Assembly: GCA_965223415.1 (NCBI GenBank)
Contig: OZ245002.1
Coordinates: forward strand, 3,456,001-3,520,000
DNA: 64,000 nt
Source: Myxococcota bacterium
GTDB lineage: Bacteria; Myxococcota_A; UBA9160; UBA6930
Direction of reading: 5' to 3'
Shown: positions 10,367-19,603 of the stretch, piece by piece
Layout of the letters: each line of letters opens with the position of its first letter
Position numbering within the stretch: the stretch's first letter is position 1
Notes under the pieces: generated by a model
Seen by the model: the letters and a program-made list of their open reading frames with translations, nothing else
What the model was told of the DNA's origin: nothing
The model's database searches: none
Position numbers and translations under genes: made by a program

Positions 10367-10624
10367 CTAGGGGCAGGAAATGCGGGTGGGGGGGCGGTTC
10401 GTGCAGGCGAGCTCGTCGTCCATGCCGCCTGCGGCGGTGCCACAGGCGGTGCGGAGGGCGCCGGCCAGGGCCTCGTCGCGGGTGGCGGCGGCGGCGCGGG
10501 CGCAGTGGGTGCCGCCGGCGGCGGTGACGCAGACTTCGCACTCCACCTGGCCGCTGCGCAGGGTGGCGAAGGCCAGGAGGGCGACGAAGGTCGCGATGCC
10601 CAGGACCGTCCAGACCGCCCGCAT
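10367..10624 (-). CDS. Small membrane-anchored Cys-rich hypothetical protein (6 Cys)
   Basis: N-terminal hydrophobic segment; start codon overlaps the protease stop (TGATG). Confidence 0.65.
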   Translation of the reverse strand: MRAVWTVLGIATFVALLAFATLRSGQVECEVCVTAAGGTHCARAAAATRDEALAGALRTACGTAAGGMDDELACTNRPPTRISCP

Positions 10625-12630
10625 CAGCGGGAGAGCAGGATCAGGTCGGCGAGCACGCGCAGGGCCTCCTCGGCGTGGGGCGAGAGCTCGTCGTCGTCGC
10701 CGTGGTCGGCGCCGGCCGGCACCGAGGCGGCGGCGTTGCCCGCGGCGGGCTTGCCGTCGTTCGCGGCCAGCGGCTCCTCGTCGGAGCGCCCGTTGCGTTC
10801 GGCGATCAGGTCGGCAAGGCGGACGATGCCCTCCTCCGACTTCCGCTCGGCCAGCTCCTCGCGCATGGTGGTGAAGAACTCGTTCTCGGTCTGGCGCTGC
10901 TCCGAGCGGCGGGCCAGCTCGACCAGCAGCTCGTTCGTGACCGGCTTCCAGCTCCGGGGTCGGGCCCCGTTCTCGAGGAAGGGATCGATCGACGGGGCGC
11001 GCAGGGAGTGGGCCTGGGCGCTCTCGCCGAACTCGTCGGTGGCGAAGAGCGACGGCGTCACCACGTCCGCCGCCACCCCGGCGTGCTGGGTCGAGCTGCC
11101 CCCGGGCCGGAAGAAGAGGCCGGTCGTCACCTTGAGGGCGCCCAGGCCCGGCCGCAGCGGGAACAGGCTCTGCACCGTACCCTTGCCGAAGGTGTGGTCG
11201 TCCCCGACCACCACGGCGCGCCGGTAGTCCTTGAGCGCGCCGGCCAGGATCTCCGAGGCCGAGGCGCTGACTCGGGACGTCAGGATCACGAGCGGTCCGT
11301 CGTAGAGCACCGAGTCGTCCGGGTCGGGCAGCACCCGGCCCCGATCGCCGCCGTCGCGGACGGCGACCACGCCGCCCTCCTCGATGAAGAAGCCCGAGAT
11401 CGTGACCGCGTCCTCGAGCAGGCCGCCGCCGTTGCGCGAGAGGTCGAGGAGCAGCCCGTCGAGCTTCTCGCGACGCACCTGGGCGAGGAGGCGCCGCACG
11501 TCCCGCGAGCCCAGCCGCTTGGCCGGGTCGCGATCGCCGCCGTAGAAGGACGGCAGGTCGAGGACGCCGACGCGCAGCGTCTTGCCCTCCGTCTCCACGC
11601 TCTCGATGCGCAGCTTGGCCGCCTGCTGCTCCAGGTCGATCTTGTCCCGCTGGATCGCGACCTTGAACCGCTCCGTCGACTCGCCCTGCCGCAAGACGGT
11701 CAGCTGCACCCGCGTGCCCTTGCGCCCCCGGATCAGCCGGACGACGTCGCGCAGCGCCATGTCGATGATGTCGACCGGGTCGCGCCCCTCCTCGGCCACT
11801 GCGACGATGCGATCACCGGGCTCGAGCGCCGAGGCGCGATCCGTCGCGCCGCCGGGGATGACCTGCTCCACCACCGCATAGCCGTCCCGCTCGGTGAGGG
11901 CGACGCCGATGCCCTCCAGCGAGAGCTCCATCTGGATCTGGAAGTCCTCCCACACGTGATTCGACAGGTAGGAGGAATGGGGATCGAGGGCGTTGGCGAA
12001 GGCGTCGAGGAACTGGGCGTAGAGATCCTCCCGGCTGAGCTCGGCGACGCGCTTCGTGACCAGTTCGTAGCGGTGGATGATCCGCTGCTTGGCCTCTTCG
12101 AGGGTCGCGTCCGCCTCCAGGTAGTTGGAGATCTGGAAGTGGACCAAGGTGCGGAGCAGCTCGTCCCGCTCCGCCTTGGTGGCCGGGGAGCCGCGCTCGT
12201 CCGGATCGAGGAGCAGGCTCGCCTGGGTGTCGAGGCTGTAGTCGTCCCGGGCCACGAAGCCCCGCACGAAGCCCTCGATCTCCCGGTTGCGGCCCAGCAC
12301 GTCCTGGTGGAGGCGGCGAAGCCGGCTGCAATCGCTCGAGCGGGTCTCGAGGAAGAGCGAGCGGAGCGAGGCCTCCAGCTCTGCCCGCTCGGACTCGAGG
12401 AAGAACACCCGCTGGGGATCGAGCCGCTTCAGATAGGTCTGGATCGTGCGGCTGCGGATCCCTTCGTCGAGCTGGTGGGCCGCGATGTGCTTCTGGAAGA
12501 AGAAGGTCGTGAGGTCCGGGATGTCGCCACAGGTGAGGGCCGCCCGGGCTGTCGTCGGCAGGATGAGGACGACGGCGAGAAAGAGCGCGGGCCCGGCCGC
12601 GTACCGGCCGGGCCGGAAGAAGACGGCCAT
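10624..12630 (-). CDS. Carboxy-terminal processing protease (S41A, Prc/Tsp-like)
   Basis: Signal peptide, LDPHSSYL, PDZ region (LEGIG...LIRGRKGT), DLSRNGGGLL, SASASEI, TFGKGTVQ. Confidence 0.92.
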   Translation of the reverse strand: MAVFFRPGRYAAGPALFLAVVLILPTTARAALTCGDIPDLTTFFFQKHIAAHQLDEGIRSRTIQTYLKRLDPQRVFFLESERAELEASLRSLFLETRSSDCSRLRRLHQDVLGRNREIEGFVRGFVARDDYSLDTQASLLLDPDERGSPATKAERDELLRTLVHFQISNYLEADATLEEAKQRIIHRYELVTKRVAELSREDLYAQFLDAFANALDPHSSYLSNHVWEDFQIQMELSLEGIGVALTERDGYAVVEQVIPGGATDRASALEPGDRIVAVAEEGRDPVDIIDMALRDVVRLIRGRKGTRVQLTVLRQGESTERFKVAIQRDKIDLEQQAAKLRIESVETEGKTLRVGVLDLPSFYGGDRDPAKRLGSRDVRRLLAQVRREKLDGLLLDLSRNGGGLLEDAVTISGFFIEEGGVVAVRDGGDRGRVLPDPDDSVLYDGPLVILTSRVSASASEILAGALKDYRRAVVVGDDHTFGKGTVQSLFPLRPGLGALKVTTGLFFRPGGSSTQHAGVAADVVTPSLFATDEFGESAQAHSLRAPSIDPFLENGARPRSWKPVTNELLVELARRSEQRQTENEFFTTMREELAERKSEEGIVRLADLIAERNGRSDEEPLAANDGKPAAGNAAASVPAGADHGDDDELSPHAEEALRVLADLILLSR

Positions 12631-12674
12631 CCGGGCAAGCTAGCTGACCACCCCCGGGGCCGGAAGCGGGTCCC

Positions 12675-13592
12675 TCAGGGGCGCGGGAGGCCCAGAGAGG
12701 CCAGGTGGTCACCGTCGTGGGCCACGGCCAGGGTGAATCCGTGCTCGCGTTCCAGGCCCGCCAGGAAGCGCCGCATGCGGCCGAGCTGGCCGTCCGCCTC
12801 CGGGACGATCAGGAGCCGGTAGAGCAGCGCCTTCGGGCGGTCGATCCGCGCCGACTCCACGTCGTTCACCACGTCGCCGGTGAAGATCACCCGGCGGGGG
12901 CCGTCCGACGCTGCCACGGAAGCGGCCAGCATCTGGCTGCCCGGGGTGTGACCGGCGGCGTGGATCAACGCGACGCCCGGGAAGCCCGGCACGGCGGCCG
13001 CCGTCCCTTCCGGCACCACGGTGCGCTGGAGGCAGCCCGCTTCGTCGAGGAGATCCGACGTGCTGCCGGTGGTGTAGTTCGTGAGCTCGGCCTGGGCGCG
13101 CACCTGGAAGATCGGCAGCGGCGCGCCGCCGCGGGCTTCGCAGAGGGACCCCGCGCCCTCCACGTGGTCGAAGTGCAGGTGGGTGATCACGACCCCCGCC
13201 ACGCGGCCCGCCAGGGGGCCGAGCTGCTCGCCCACCGAGCCGAAGGTCTCCACCGGCTCGGCGCCCAGCCGCTCGAAGATCGACGAGAAGTCGCGTGCGC
13301 CTTCGGGGCTCATGCCCAGGTCGACGAGCAGCAGGCGACCGTCGCTCCAGCCGAGGGCAAAGGACGGGTGCGTGAGCAGCCGCGGCGGCGGAGCGAAGCT
13401 CGTCTGCCGCGCCGTCTCCAACCACGCGAGGCGAACCGGTCGATCCCGCTCCTCGTCCAGCGCGAGGAGGGAGGACGCCGGCGGCGGGTCCGGGTCCAGC
13501 TCGCGAATCTGGAGCTGGGCCGGGGTCAGGAGCCCAGCTACCACGAGGACGAGGGCCAGCAGCAAGAGGCCGATCAGGCGCAGCCAACGCAC
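12675..13592 (-). CDS. MBL-fold metallo-hydrolase, N-terminally anchored
   Basis: THLHFDH, GHTPGS, TGD, AHD. Confidence 0.88.
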   Translation of the reverse strand: MRWLRLIGLLLLALVLVVAGLLTPAQLQIRELDPDPPPASSLLALDEERDRPVRLAWLETARQTSFAPPPRLLTHPSFALGWSDGRLLLVDLGMSPEGARDFSSIFERLGAEPVETFGSVGEQLGPLAGRVAGVVITHLHFDHVEGAGSLCEARGGAPLPIFQVRAQAELTNYTTGSTSDLLDEAGCLQRTVVPEGTAAAVPGFPGVALIHAAGHTPGSQMLAASVAASDGPRRVIFTGDVVNDVESARIDRPKALLYRLLIVPEADGQLGRMRRFLAGLEREHGFTLAVAHDGDHLASLGLPRP

Positions 13593-13602
13593 GGTGTCTC
13601 CC

Positions 13603-14343
13603 TCAAGCCTCGATGGGTTCGGTTCCGACGAAAGCCAGGACGTCCGGCCGGCACACGTAGCGGACCGGCGGGATCTCCAGGCGGCCGTCGGCGATCGAGG
13701 CGGAGACCGGATGGTAGGGGTCGAGACGCGGGTCGCCCCAGGCGGCTCCGTCGAAGTGCGCGAGGTGCGGGCGCAGGCGCTCGGCGCGCTCCAGCCGGGC
13801 CTCCGGCTCGATCTGGATGAGGCGCAGGCCCCGGGGAAGGTGGGCGAGGGTGAGGGAGGAGGAGTACTGCACGTCGCCGGGCGCGAGCGGCTCCGGGTCG
13901 ACGGCCTCGAGCTCGAGGGTCGGCGCCTCGTCCACGGCCACCCGGAGCAGGATCGCGTCGTAGCCCCGGGAGAGCTCCACGCGGCCGCGGCGGATCGGGA
14001 AGCCGAGCTCTTCGGCCAGGGCCGCGCCGGCCGCTTCCGCGTCGCACACGGCGCCGGTGACGAAGCCGCGCGGGCGGGCGCCGCTGCGGCACTGGGCGCG
14101 GGTCTGGACCAGTCGGAAGGGCCCCCAGGGCGAGCGCTCGCAGGCCCAGGCCTGCAACACCAGGGCGGCGGGATTGGTCGGGTGCAGCCCCGGGGGCAGG
14201 ACGGCCTCGCGGGCGCTGCGGGGCATCTCGAACATGGCCTGCAGCACGGTCACGCCTTCCAGGACGAGGGTCTCGCGAGGCAGGGCCGCGACCTGCGGGC
14301 GGCCGCGGCCGAGCGCCACGGGATCGGCGCGGCCGACCATCAT
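13603..14343 (-). CDS. Acetoacetate decarboxylase-family protein
   Basis: C-terminal 246 aa of a long ORF; LPPGLHPT, SPWGPF; ATGA overlap with the upstream LLM gene. Confidence 0.6.
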   Translation of the reverse strand: MMVGRADPVALGRGRPQVAALPRETLVLEGVTVLQAMFEMPRSAREAVLPPGLHPTNPAALVLQAWACERSPWGPFRLVQTRAQCRSGARPRGFVTGAVCDAEAAGAALAEELGFPIRRGRVELSRGYDAILLRVAVDEAPTLELEAVDPEPLAPGDVQYSSSLTLAHLPRGLRLIQIEPEARLERAERLRPHLAHFDGAAWGDPRLDPYHPVSASIADGRLEIPPVRYVCRPDVLAFVGTEPIEA

Positions 14344-15431
14344 CGGGGGGTGTCTCCCGGGAACGCCGGCATCACCTCGCGGGCGAATAGCCGCATGCTC
14401 TCGAGCACCTCCGCCTGGGGGATCGTCTCCAGGCCGTTCAACAGGAAGTTGATGCCGTCGATGCCCATCGACTCCCAGTGCTTGATGGCGTCGACGATGT
14501 GGGCCGGATCGCCCACACAGATGCCCTCGGCAACGCCGGTCGGGTCCCCCGGGCTGCCACCGCGCTTCGGCGGGCTCGGCGCCAGGTTCGCCAGCGATTG
14601 ATAGGCGCGGGTCGGGTAGGCCTCGCGCGTCCACAGTAGGTGCGCGTTGGCCAGCCCGAAGGTGCCGACCAGCCGCATCCCGGTCTCCGCCGCCCGCTTC
14701 GGGTCCTCGTGGCAGTAGAGGAAGTTGAGCGTGGTCACCTGGTCGTTCACCACCGACGACACCGGGTCGCACTGCTGGATGCGCCGATGATAGGCCCGGG
14801 TGCGTCGCTCCTGCTCCGCGTAGCCCGCGGCCGCGACGCCCAGACACCCGATGCCGCGATCCGCCGCGTCCAGCTCGGTGCCCGGGCTCGTCACCGTCAC
14901 CCACAGCGGCGGGTGGGGCTGCTGGAGCGGCTTCGGCAGGACGTTTCGCTCGGGCATCGAGAAGCAGCGGCCTTGGTAGGCCAGCGGCTCCTCTGCCCAG
15001 AGCTTCGGGAGCACGCGCACGAACTCGTCCCATGTCTTCTTGGTGTCGTCGGGATCGACGCCGAAGCCGCCCAGCTCCGTCCAGGTCGAGGAGCGGGCGG
15101 TGCCGAGCTCCAGCCGCCCCCCGGAGATCAGGTCCAGCGTGGCGGCGCGCTCCGCCACCCGGATCGGGTGGTTCATTTCCGGCACACACACCACCGCGCC
15201 GTGGCCCACCCGGACCCGCTCGGTCTGGGCCGCCACCGCGCTCAGCACCACCTCGGGGGCGGAGCAGTGGGAGTACTCCTCCAGGAAGTGATGCTCGACG
15301 GCCCACACCCACTCGAAGCCCAGCTCGTCGGCGAGGCGCGCCTGCTCCAGGGCGTTCTCGAACACCTGCCGCTCGACCCCGCCCTCGAAGGGCAGTGGCG
15401 TCGACATCTCGAAGAAGATTCCGAAGCGCAC
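14340..15431 (-). CDS. Luciferase-like (LLM) flavin-dependent oxidoreductase
   Basis: (M)RFGIF, WAVEHHFLEEYSH, HPIRVAER, PKPLQQPHPPLW; GGAGGA SD before GTG 15431. Confidence 0.9.
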   Translation of the reverse strand: MRFGIFFEMSTPLPFEGGVERQVFENALEQARLADELGFEWVWAVEHHFLEEYSHCSAPEVVLSAVAAQTERVRVGHGAVVCVPEMNHPIRVAERAATLDLISGGRLELGTARSSTWTELGGFGVDPDDTKKTWDEFVRVLPKLWAEEPLAYQGRCFSMPERNVLPKPLQQPHPPLWVTVTSPGTELDAADRGIGCLGVAAAGYAEQERRTRAYHRRIQQCDPVSSVVNDQVTTLNFLYCHEDPKRAAETGMRLVGTFGLANAHLLWTREAYPTRAYQSLANLAPSPPKRGGSPGDPTGVAEGICVGDPAHIVDAIKHWESMGIDGINFLLNGLETIPQAEVLESMRLFAREVMPAFPGDTPR

Positions 15432-15525
15432 GGGGCGGCTCCTCCGGCGGGCCAGTGTGCCGAACTTGGGGGGCGTGGGCAGGGTCGGAATCTGCAACAC
15501 TTCGGGAGACGACCAGGGAGGACCG

Positions 15526-16656
15526 ATGGAGCACCCGACGCCCGGGGGGATCGAGGCCCGTGTCCGGGTCGCTGCCCCGATTGCCGTGGCGTTCGTCCTG
15601 GCGTCCGCCGGCTCGGCCGCCTGGCGCGTCTCGGACGAGCGGTGGCTCCACGCCGGGCTGCTCGCAGCGGCCGCCGTCGCCTACCTCGTGGTCTGGCTCG
15701 GCATGAGGCGCACGCAGAAGGCGGATCCCTGGGTGCCGCTGCTGATCGCGCTGCTGACCGCGACGAGCTGCGTCATCGCGGTCCTGACGGCGGGCGCGGC
15801 GCTCGGCCCGGCCGTGCTGATGGCCCTGCTCCCGATCCTGGGCAGCCTGTTGGTCTCGCCCGCGACGGGCGGCTGGGTCGCGATCGCCGTGTGCGGCTCC
15901 CTGGCGGTGGCGGGCTTCGCCCCGCCGCTCCTGCAGGCGGAGGCACACGTGTTGGGCCAGCCGACCACCCTCGCCGCGATCGGCGTGCTCGCCGTGAGCT
16001 CCTGGGCGGCGAGCGCCTACTACGAGCGCGCCCGCCGGTCGAGCGAGGCGCGCTACATCGCGCTGCGTGAGGAGGCCGAGCGGACGGCGGCGCGCTTCCG
16101 CGCCTACGCCGAGAACGCCCGCGACGTCGTCGCCGAGCTGGCCGAGGACGGCACCATCCTCTACGCGAGCCCCGGTCACGAGCCGATGCTCGGACGGGCC
16201 GCCGAAGAGCTCCTGGGCCGGGCGGACGCGGACGAGATCGTCCATCCCGACGACTATCCCCGGGTCGCCGCGTTCTTCGCCGACATCGTCGCCGGTGGAG
16301 GGGAGGGCGGCGTCTCCGCCCGCTACCTTCGTCCGGACCGCAGCGTGCGCTGGTTGCAGCTCCGCGGCCGCGCCTATTGCAACTCCGACGGCGAGGGCCG
16401 GGTCGTCCTCTTCGCCCGGGACGAGACGCCCGAGCGGGAGGCCGCCGAAGAGCGAGAGGCCCTGATCACGCGCCTCCAGGAAGCCCTCGACAGCATCGAG
16501 ACCCTGCGCGGCATCGTCCCCATCTGCGCCGAGTGCAAGAAGGTTCGCCGGGAAGACGGCGCCTGGGAGCAGGTCGAAGCCTACGTCGCCGCCCATTCCC
16601 TCGCCGACTTCTCCCACGGCTTGTGCGACGACTGCCTGGCCCGCCACGACACGTGA
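15526..16656 (+). CDS. Membrane sensor-like protein: multi-TM region, PAS domain, C-terminal Cys-rich motif
   Basis: Hydrophobic N-half; DGTILYASP...VHPDD...RWL PAS signature; ICAECKK...SHGLCDDC tail; GGAGG SD. Confidence 0.82.
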   Translation: MEHPTPGGIEARVRVAAPIAVAFVLASAGSAAWRVSDERWLHAGLLAAAAVAYLVVWLGMRRTQKADPWVPLLIALLTATSCVIAVLTAGAALGPAVLMALLPILGSLLVSPATGGWVAIAVCGSLAVAGFAPPLLQAEAHVLGQPTTLAAIGVLAVSSWAASAYYERARRSSEARYIALREEAERTAARFRAYAENARDVVAELAEDGTILYASPGHEPMLGRAAEELLGRADADEIVHPDDYPRVAAFFADIVAGGGEGGVSARYLRPDRSVRWLQLRGRAYCNSDGEGRVVLFARDETPEREAAEEREALITRLQEALDSIETLRGIVPICAECKKVRREDGAWEQVEAYVAAHSLADFSHGLCDDCLARHDT

Positions 16657-16687
16657 CCCCAGGGATCGGACGCGGTACCCCTTGGCC

Positions 16688-17434
16688 ATGGGTCTCCGCG
16701 GTCTCGAAAGCGCGACGGTTCTCGTCACGGGAGCGGCCAGCGGCATCGGCCGGGCGGTCGCCCGACGGCTGGCGGAAGAGGGTGCACGGGTCGGCATCTT
16801 CGACCGGGACGCGCCGGGGGCGAGGGCGGTCGCGGAGGAGATCGGCGGACGGGCCTGGGAGGTGGACGTTTCCCGGGGCGAGGCAGTGGACCGGGGCGTC
16901 GCGGCCTGCGAGGCGGAGCTCGGACCGATCGCCGGGCTCGTGAACAACGCCGGCTGGGACAAGGCGGCGCCCTTCCTCGATACCGACGAGGCGCTCTGGC
17001 GGCAGGTGATCGACGTCAATCTCTACGGGCCCCTGCACGTCAGCCACGCCGTGCTGCGCCGCATGACCTCGCGCGGACGCGGGCGCGTGGTGAGCATCGC
17101 CTCGGACGCCGGCCGCGTGGGCTCGAGCGGCGAGGCGGTGTATGCGGCCTGCAAGGCCGGCGTCGTCGCCCTCTCCAAGTCGGTGGCCCGGGAGCTGGCG
17201 CGCCAGGGCATCACCCTGAACGTCGTCTCGCCGGGCCCGACGGATACGAAGCTCTTCGCCGACTTCGACGAGACCGGCAAGCTCGCGGGCGCCCTCGAGC
17301 GCGCCATCCCCATGCGGCGGCTGGGCCAGCCCGAGGACTATCCCGGCCTGGTCGCCTTCCTCCTGTCCGACGACGCGGCCTTCATCACGGGCCAGACCAT
17401 CAGCGTCTCGGGCGGGCTCACCATGCACGGCTGA
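16688..17434 (+). CDS. SDR, 2-hydroxycyclohexanecarboxyl-CoA dehydrogenase (BadH)-like
   Basis: TGAASGIG, NNAGWD, SDAGRVGSSGEAVYAACK, SVSGGLTMHG; adjacent to a BadI-like gene. Confidence 0.8.
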   Translation: MGLRGLESATVLVTGAASGIGRAVARRLAEEGARVGIFDRDAPGARAVAEEIGGRAWEVDVSRGEAVDRGVAACEAELGPIAGLVNNAGWDKAAPFLDTDEALWRQVIDVNLYGPLHVSHAVLRRMTSRGRGRVVSIASDAGRVGSSGEAVYAACKAGVVALSKSVARELARQGITLNVVSPGPTDTKLFADFDETGKLAGALERAIPMRRLGQPEDYPGLVAFLLSDDAAFITGQTISVSGGLTMHG

Positions 17435-17448
17435 GGGCGGACGAGGTC

Positions 17449-18237
17449 ATGGACTACGAAGACCTGCTGTACGAGGTGCGCGACCACGTCGCCACGATCA
17501 CGTTGAATCGTCCCGAGGTGCTGAACGCGTTTCGCGCGCGCACTTGCGTCGAGCTGGTCGACGCCTTCCAGCGGGCCGGCTACGACCGGGAGGTGGGCGC
17601 CATCGTGCTCACCGGCGCCGGCGAGCGCGCCTTCTGCACCGGTGGCGACCAGTCGAGTCACGACGAGAGCGGCGGCTACGGCGGCGGGCGCGGCGTGATC
17701 GGCATGCCCATTGACGAGGTGCACTCGGTGATTCGCGACGTGCCCAAGCCGGTGGTCGCGAAGGTGCGCGGCTATGCCATCGGCGGCGGCAACGTGCTGG
17801 CCACGATCTGCGATCTCACGCTGGCGGCCGAGAGCGCGGTGTTCGGCCAGGTCGGCCCCAAGATGGGCTCGGTCGACCCGGGTTTCGGCACCGCTTACCT
17901 GGCGCGGGTGGTCGGCGAGAAGAAGGCCCGGGAGATGTGGTTCCTCTGCAAGCGCTATTCGGCGGAGGAGGCGCGGGAGATGGGCCTCGTCAACGAGGTC
18001 GTGCCCGACGGGGAGCTGGACGCGACGGTCGCCTCCTGGTGCAAGGAGCTGGTGGAGCGGAGCCCCACGGCCGTCGCCCTGGCCAAACGCTCCTTCAACG
18101 CGGACACCGAGTCGATCCGCGGCATCGGCTCGCTGGGGATGCAGGGCCTCGCCCTCTACTACGGCACCGAGGAGTCGAAGGAGGGCGGCGAAGCCCTGCG
18201 GGCCAAGCGCACGCCCGAGTTCCGGAAGTACACGTGA
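17449..18237 (+). CDS. Crotonase-family ring hydrolase, BadI/MenB-like
   Basis: AFCTGGDQ, GYAIGGG, FGQVGPKMGSVDPGFG, EKKAREMWF. Confidence 0.85.
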   Translation: MDYEDLLYEVRDHVATITLNRPEVLNAFRARTCVELVDAFQRAGYDREVGAIVLTGAGERAFCTGGDQSSHDESGGYGGGRGVIGMPIDEVHSVIRDVPKPVVAKVRGYAIGGGNVLATICDLTLAAESAVFGQVGPKMGSVDPGFGTAYLARVVGEKKAREMWFLCKRYSAEEAREMGLVNEVVPDGELDATVASWCKELVERSPTAVALAKRSFNADTESIRGIGSLGMQGLALYYGTEESKEGGEALRAKRTPEFRKYT

Positions 18238-18710
18238 GTTGGCTGCCGACCGAGGCGAACGGGAGCACTCCCTTCGAGCGGGTCTTCGCGCTGCGTCCCA
18301 ACCTGTTCGAGGCGTGGGCGGAGTTCGCGAGCCTCTTCTGGGAGCGGCGGCTGGTCGATCCCGTGCTCCTCGAGCTGTGCCGTCTGCGGATCGCCCAGCT
18401 GAACGGCGCGGCCTGGAACCAGTCGACACGGATGGAGGAGGCCCGCGCCGCCGGGCTCGACGAGCAGAAGATCGCCGCCCTGGCCGATTGGCCGAGGAGT
18501 CCGCTCTTCTCGCCCCTCGAGTGCGCTTGCCTCGGCTTCGCCGAGCAGTTCGTGCTCGACCCGAACGGCATCAACGATGCGGACGCGGCGCCGGTCACCG
18601 CCGCGCTGGGCGACGCCGGCACCGTCGCCTTCGTGGAGGCCCTGGCCGTCTTCGACGGGTTCTCCCGCTTCTCGCGTCTGCTGGGCATCGCGCCCGCGGA
18701 GGATGCATGA
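18234..18710 (+). CDS. Carboxymuconolactone decarboxylase/AhpD-like protein lacking CxxC
   Basis: ELCRLRIAQL, W..SPLFS..E...L.FAE; GTGA overlap. Confidence 0.72.
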   Translation: MSWLPTEANGSTPFERVFALRPNLFEAWAEFASLFWERRLVDPVLLELCRLRIAQLNGAAWNQSTRMEEARAAGLDEQKIAALADWPRSPLFSPLECACLGFAEQFVLDPNGINDADAAPVTAALGDAGTVAFVEALAVFDGFSRFSRLLGIAPAEDA

Positions 18711-19240
18711 GCGAGCTCCGTGTCGCGCTTCCCGAGGCCCGCGGCGACGACCCGATCAGTGGCAGCGTGCTGGCGCACCAGCCCGAGGCTCTGGCGGCGT
18801 TCAACCGGCTGTACGGCATCCTCTGGAGCCGCGGCGAAGTGGATCAGTTCACCAAGGAGCTGGCGCGCATCCGCAACGCGCGGCTGGTGAACTGCACGAT
18901 CTGCAAGGCGATCCGCTTCTCCGGCGCGCGGGCCGAGGGGCTCGGCGAGGATGTGGTGGACCTGATCCACGACGGCTACGCCGAGGGCCCGCTGGCGCCG
19001 CGCCACAAGGTGGTGCTGCGCCTCACCGACGCCTTCCTGGCCGGCGGCGACGCCGCCCTCCCCGAGGAGCTCCGGACCGAGCTGCTCCGGCACTACACGC
19101 CCTCCCAGATCGTCGAGCTGGGGGCGGCGATCGCGCTCTTCATGGGCTTCTCGAAGATCGCGGTCGCCCTGGGCGGGTTGCCGGATCGGATTCCGGTCCA
19201 CGAGCAGCCGACGCCGGAGCCGCCCGCGGAAGAGACTTGA
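18707..19240 (+). CDS. Carboxymuconolactone decarboxylase/AhpD-like protein with CxxC
   Basis: KELARIRNARLVNCTIC, QIVEL; ATGA overlap. Confidence 0.78.
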   Translation: MSELRVALPEARGDDPISGSVLAHQPEALAAFNRLYGILWSRGEVDQFTKELARIRNARLVNCTICKAIRFSGARAEGLGEDVVDLIHDGYAEGPLAPRHKVVLRLTDAFLAGGDAALPEELRTELLRHYTPSQIVELGAAIALFMGFSKIAVALGGLPDRIPVHEQPTPEPPAEET

Positions 19241-19282
19241 CCCGACTGGCCGGCCGGCTCAATATTCAACCCAGTGGTTGAA
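19237..19282 (+). promoter_or_regulatory. Sigma70-like promoter and palindromic ArsR operator overlapping the start codon
   Basis: TTGACC (19237-19242), AATATT (19261-19266), inverted repeat TTCAACC-N4-GGTTGAA (19265-19282). Confidence 0.75.
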
Positions 19283-19603
19283 CGACTGGATCGCACCTTC
19301 GCCGCACTGGCCGACCCGACCCGCCGGGCAATCCTCGGGCGCCTGCGGCGCGGCCCCGCCACCGTCGGCCAGGTCGCGGCCCCCTTCGACATTTCCCTGA
19401 ACGCGGTCTCGAAGCACGTGCGGGTGCTCGAAGAGGCGGGGCTCGTGGTGCGCCGCGTCGAGGGTCGCGAGCACCGGCTGCGGCTGCGCGCCCAGCCCCT
19501 GCGCTCCGTCGCCCGGTACGCCGAGGGCTACGCGGAGTGCTGGGAGAAGCGCCTCGACGCCCTGGAAGAGCATCTCCGCTCCACCGGAAGGGGCCGGCGA
19601 TGA
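19274..19603 (+). CDS. ArsR/SmtB family transcriptional regulator
   Basis: FAALADPTRRAIL, AVSKHVRVLEEAGLV...GRE. Confidence 0.92.
   Translation: MVERLDRTFAALADPTRRAILGRLRRGPATVGQVAAPFDISLNAVSKHVRVLEEAGLVVRRVEGREHRLRLRAQPLRSVARYAEGYAECWEKRLDALEEHLRSTGRGRR

Noticed and set aside
10675..12822. Long antisense or alternate-frame ORFs (also 31989-35147, 2266-4017, 55064-56995 and many others)
   Set aside because: Shadow ORFs expected in high-GC DNA; they overlap well-supported genes and have no recognisable motifs.
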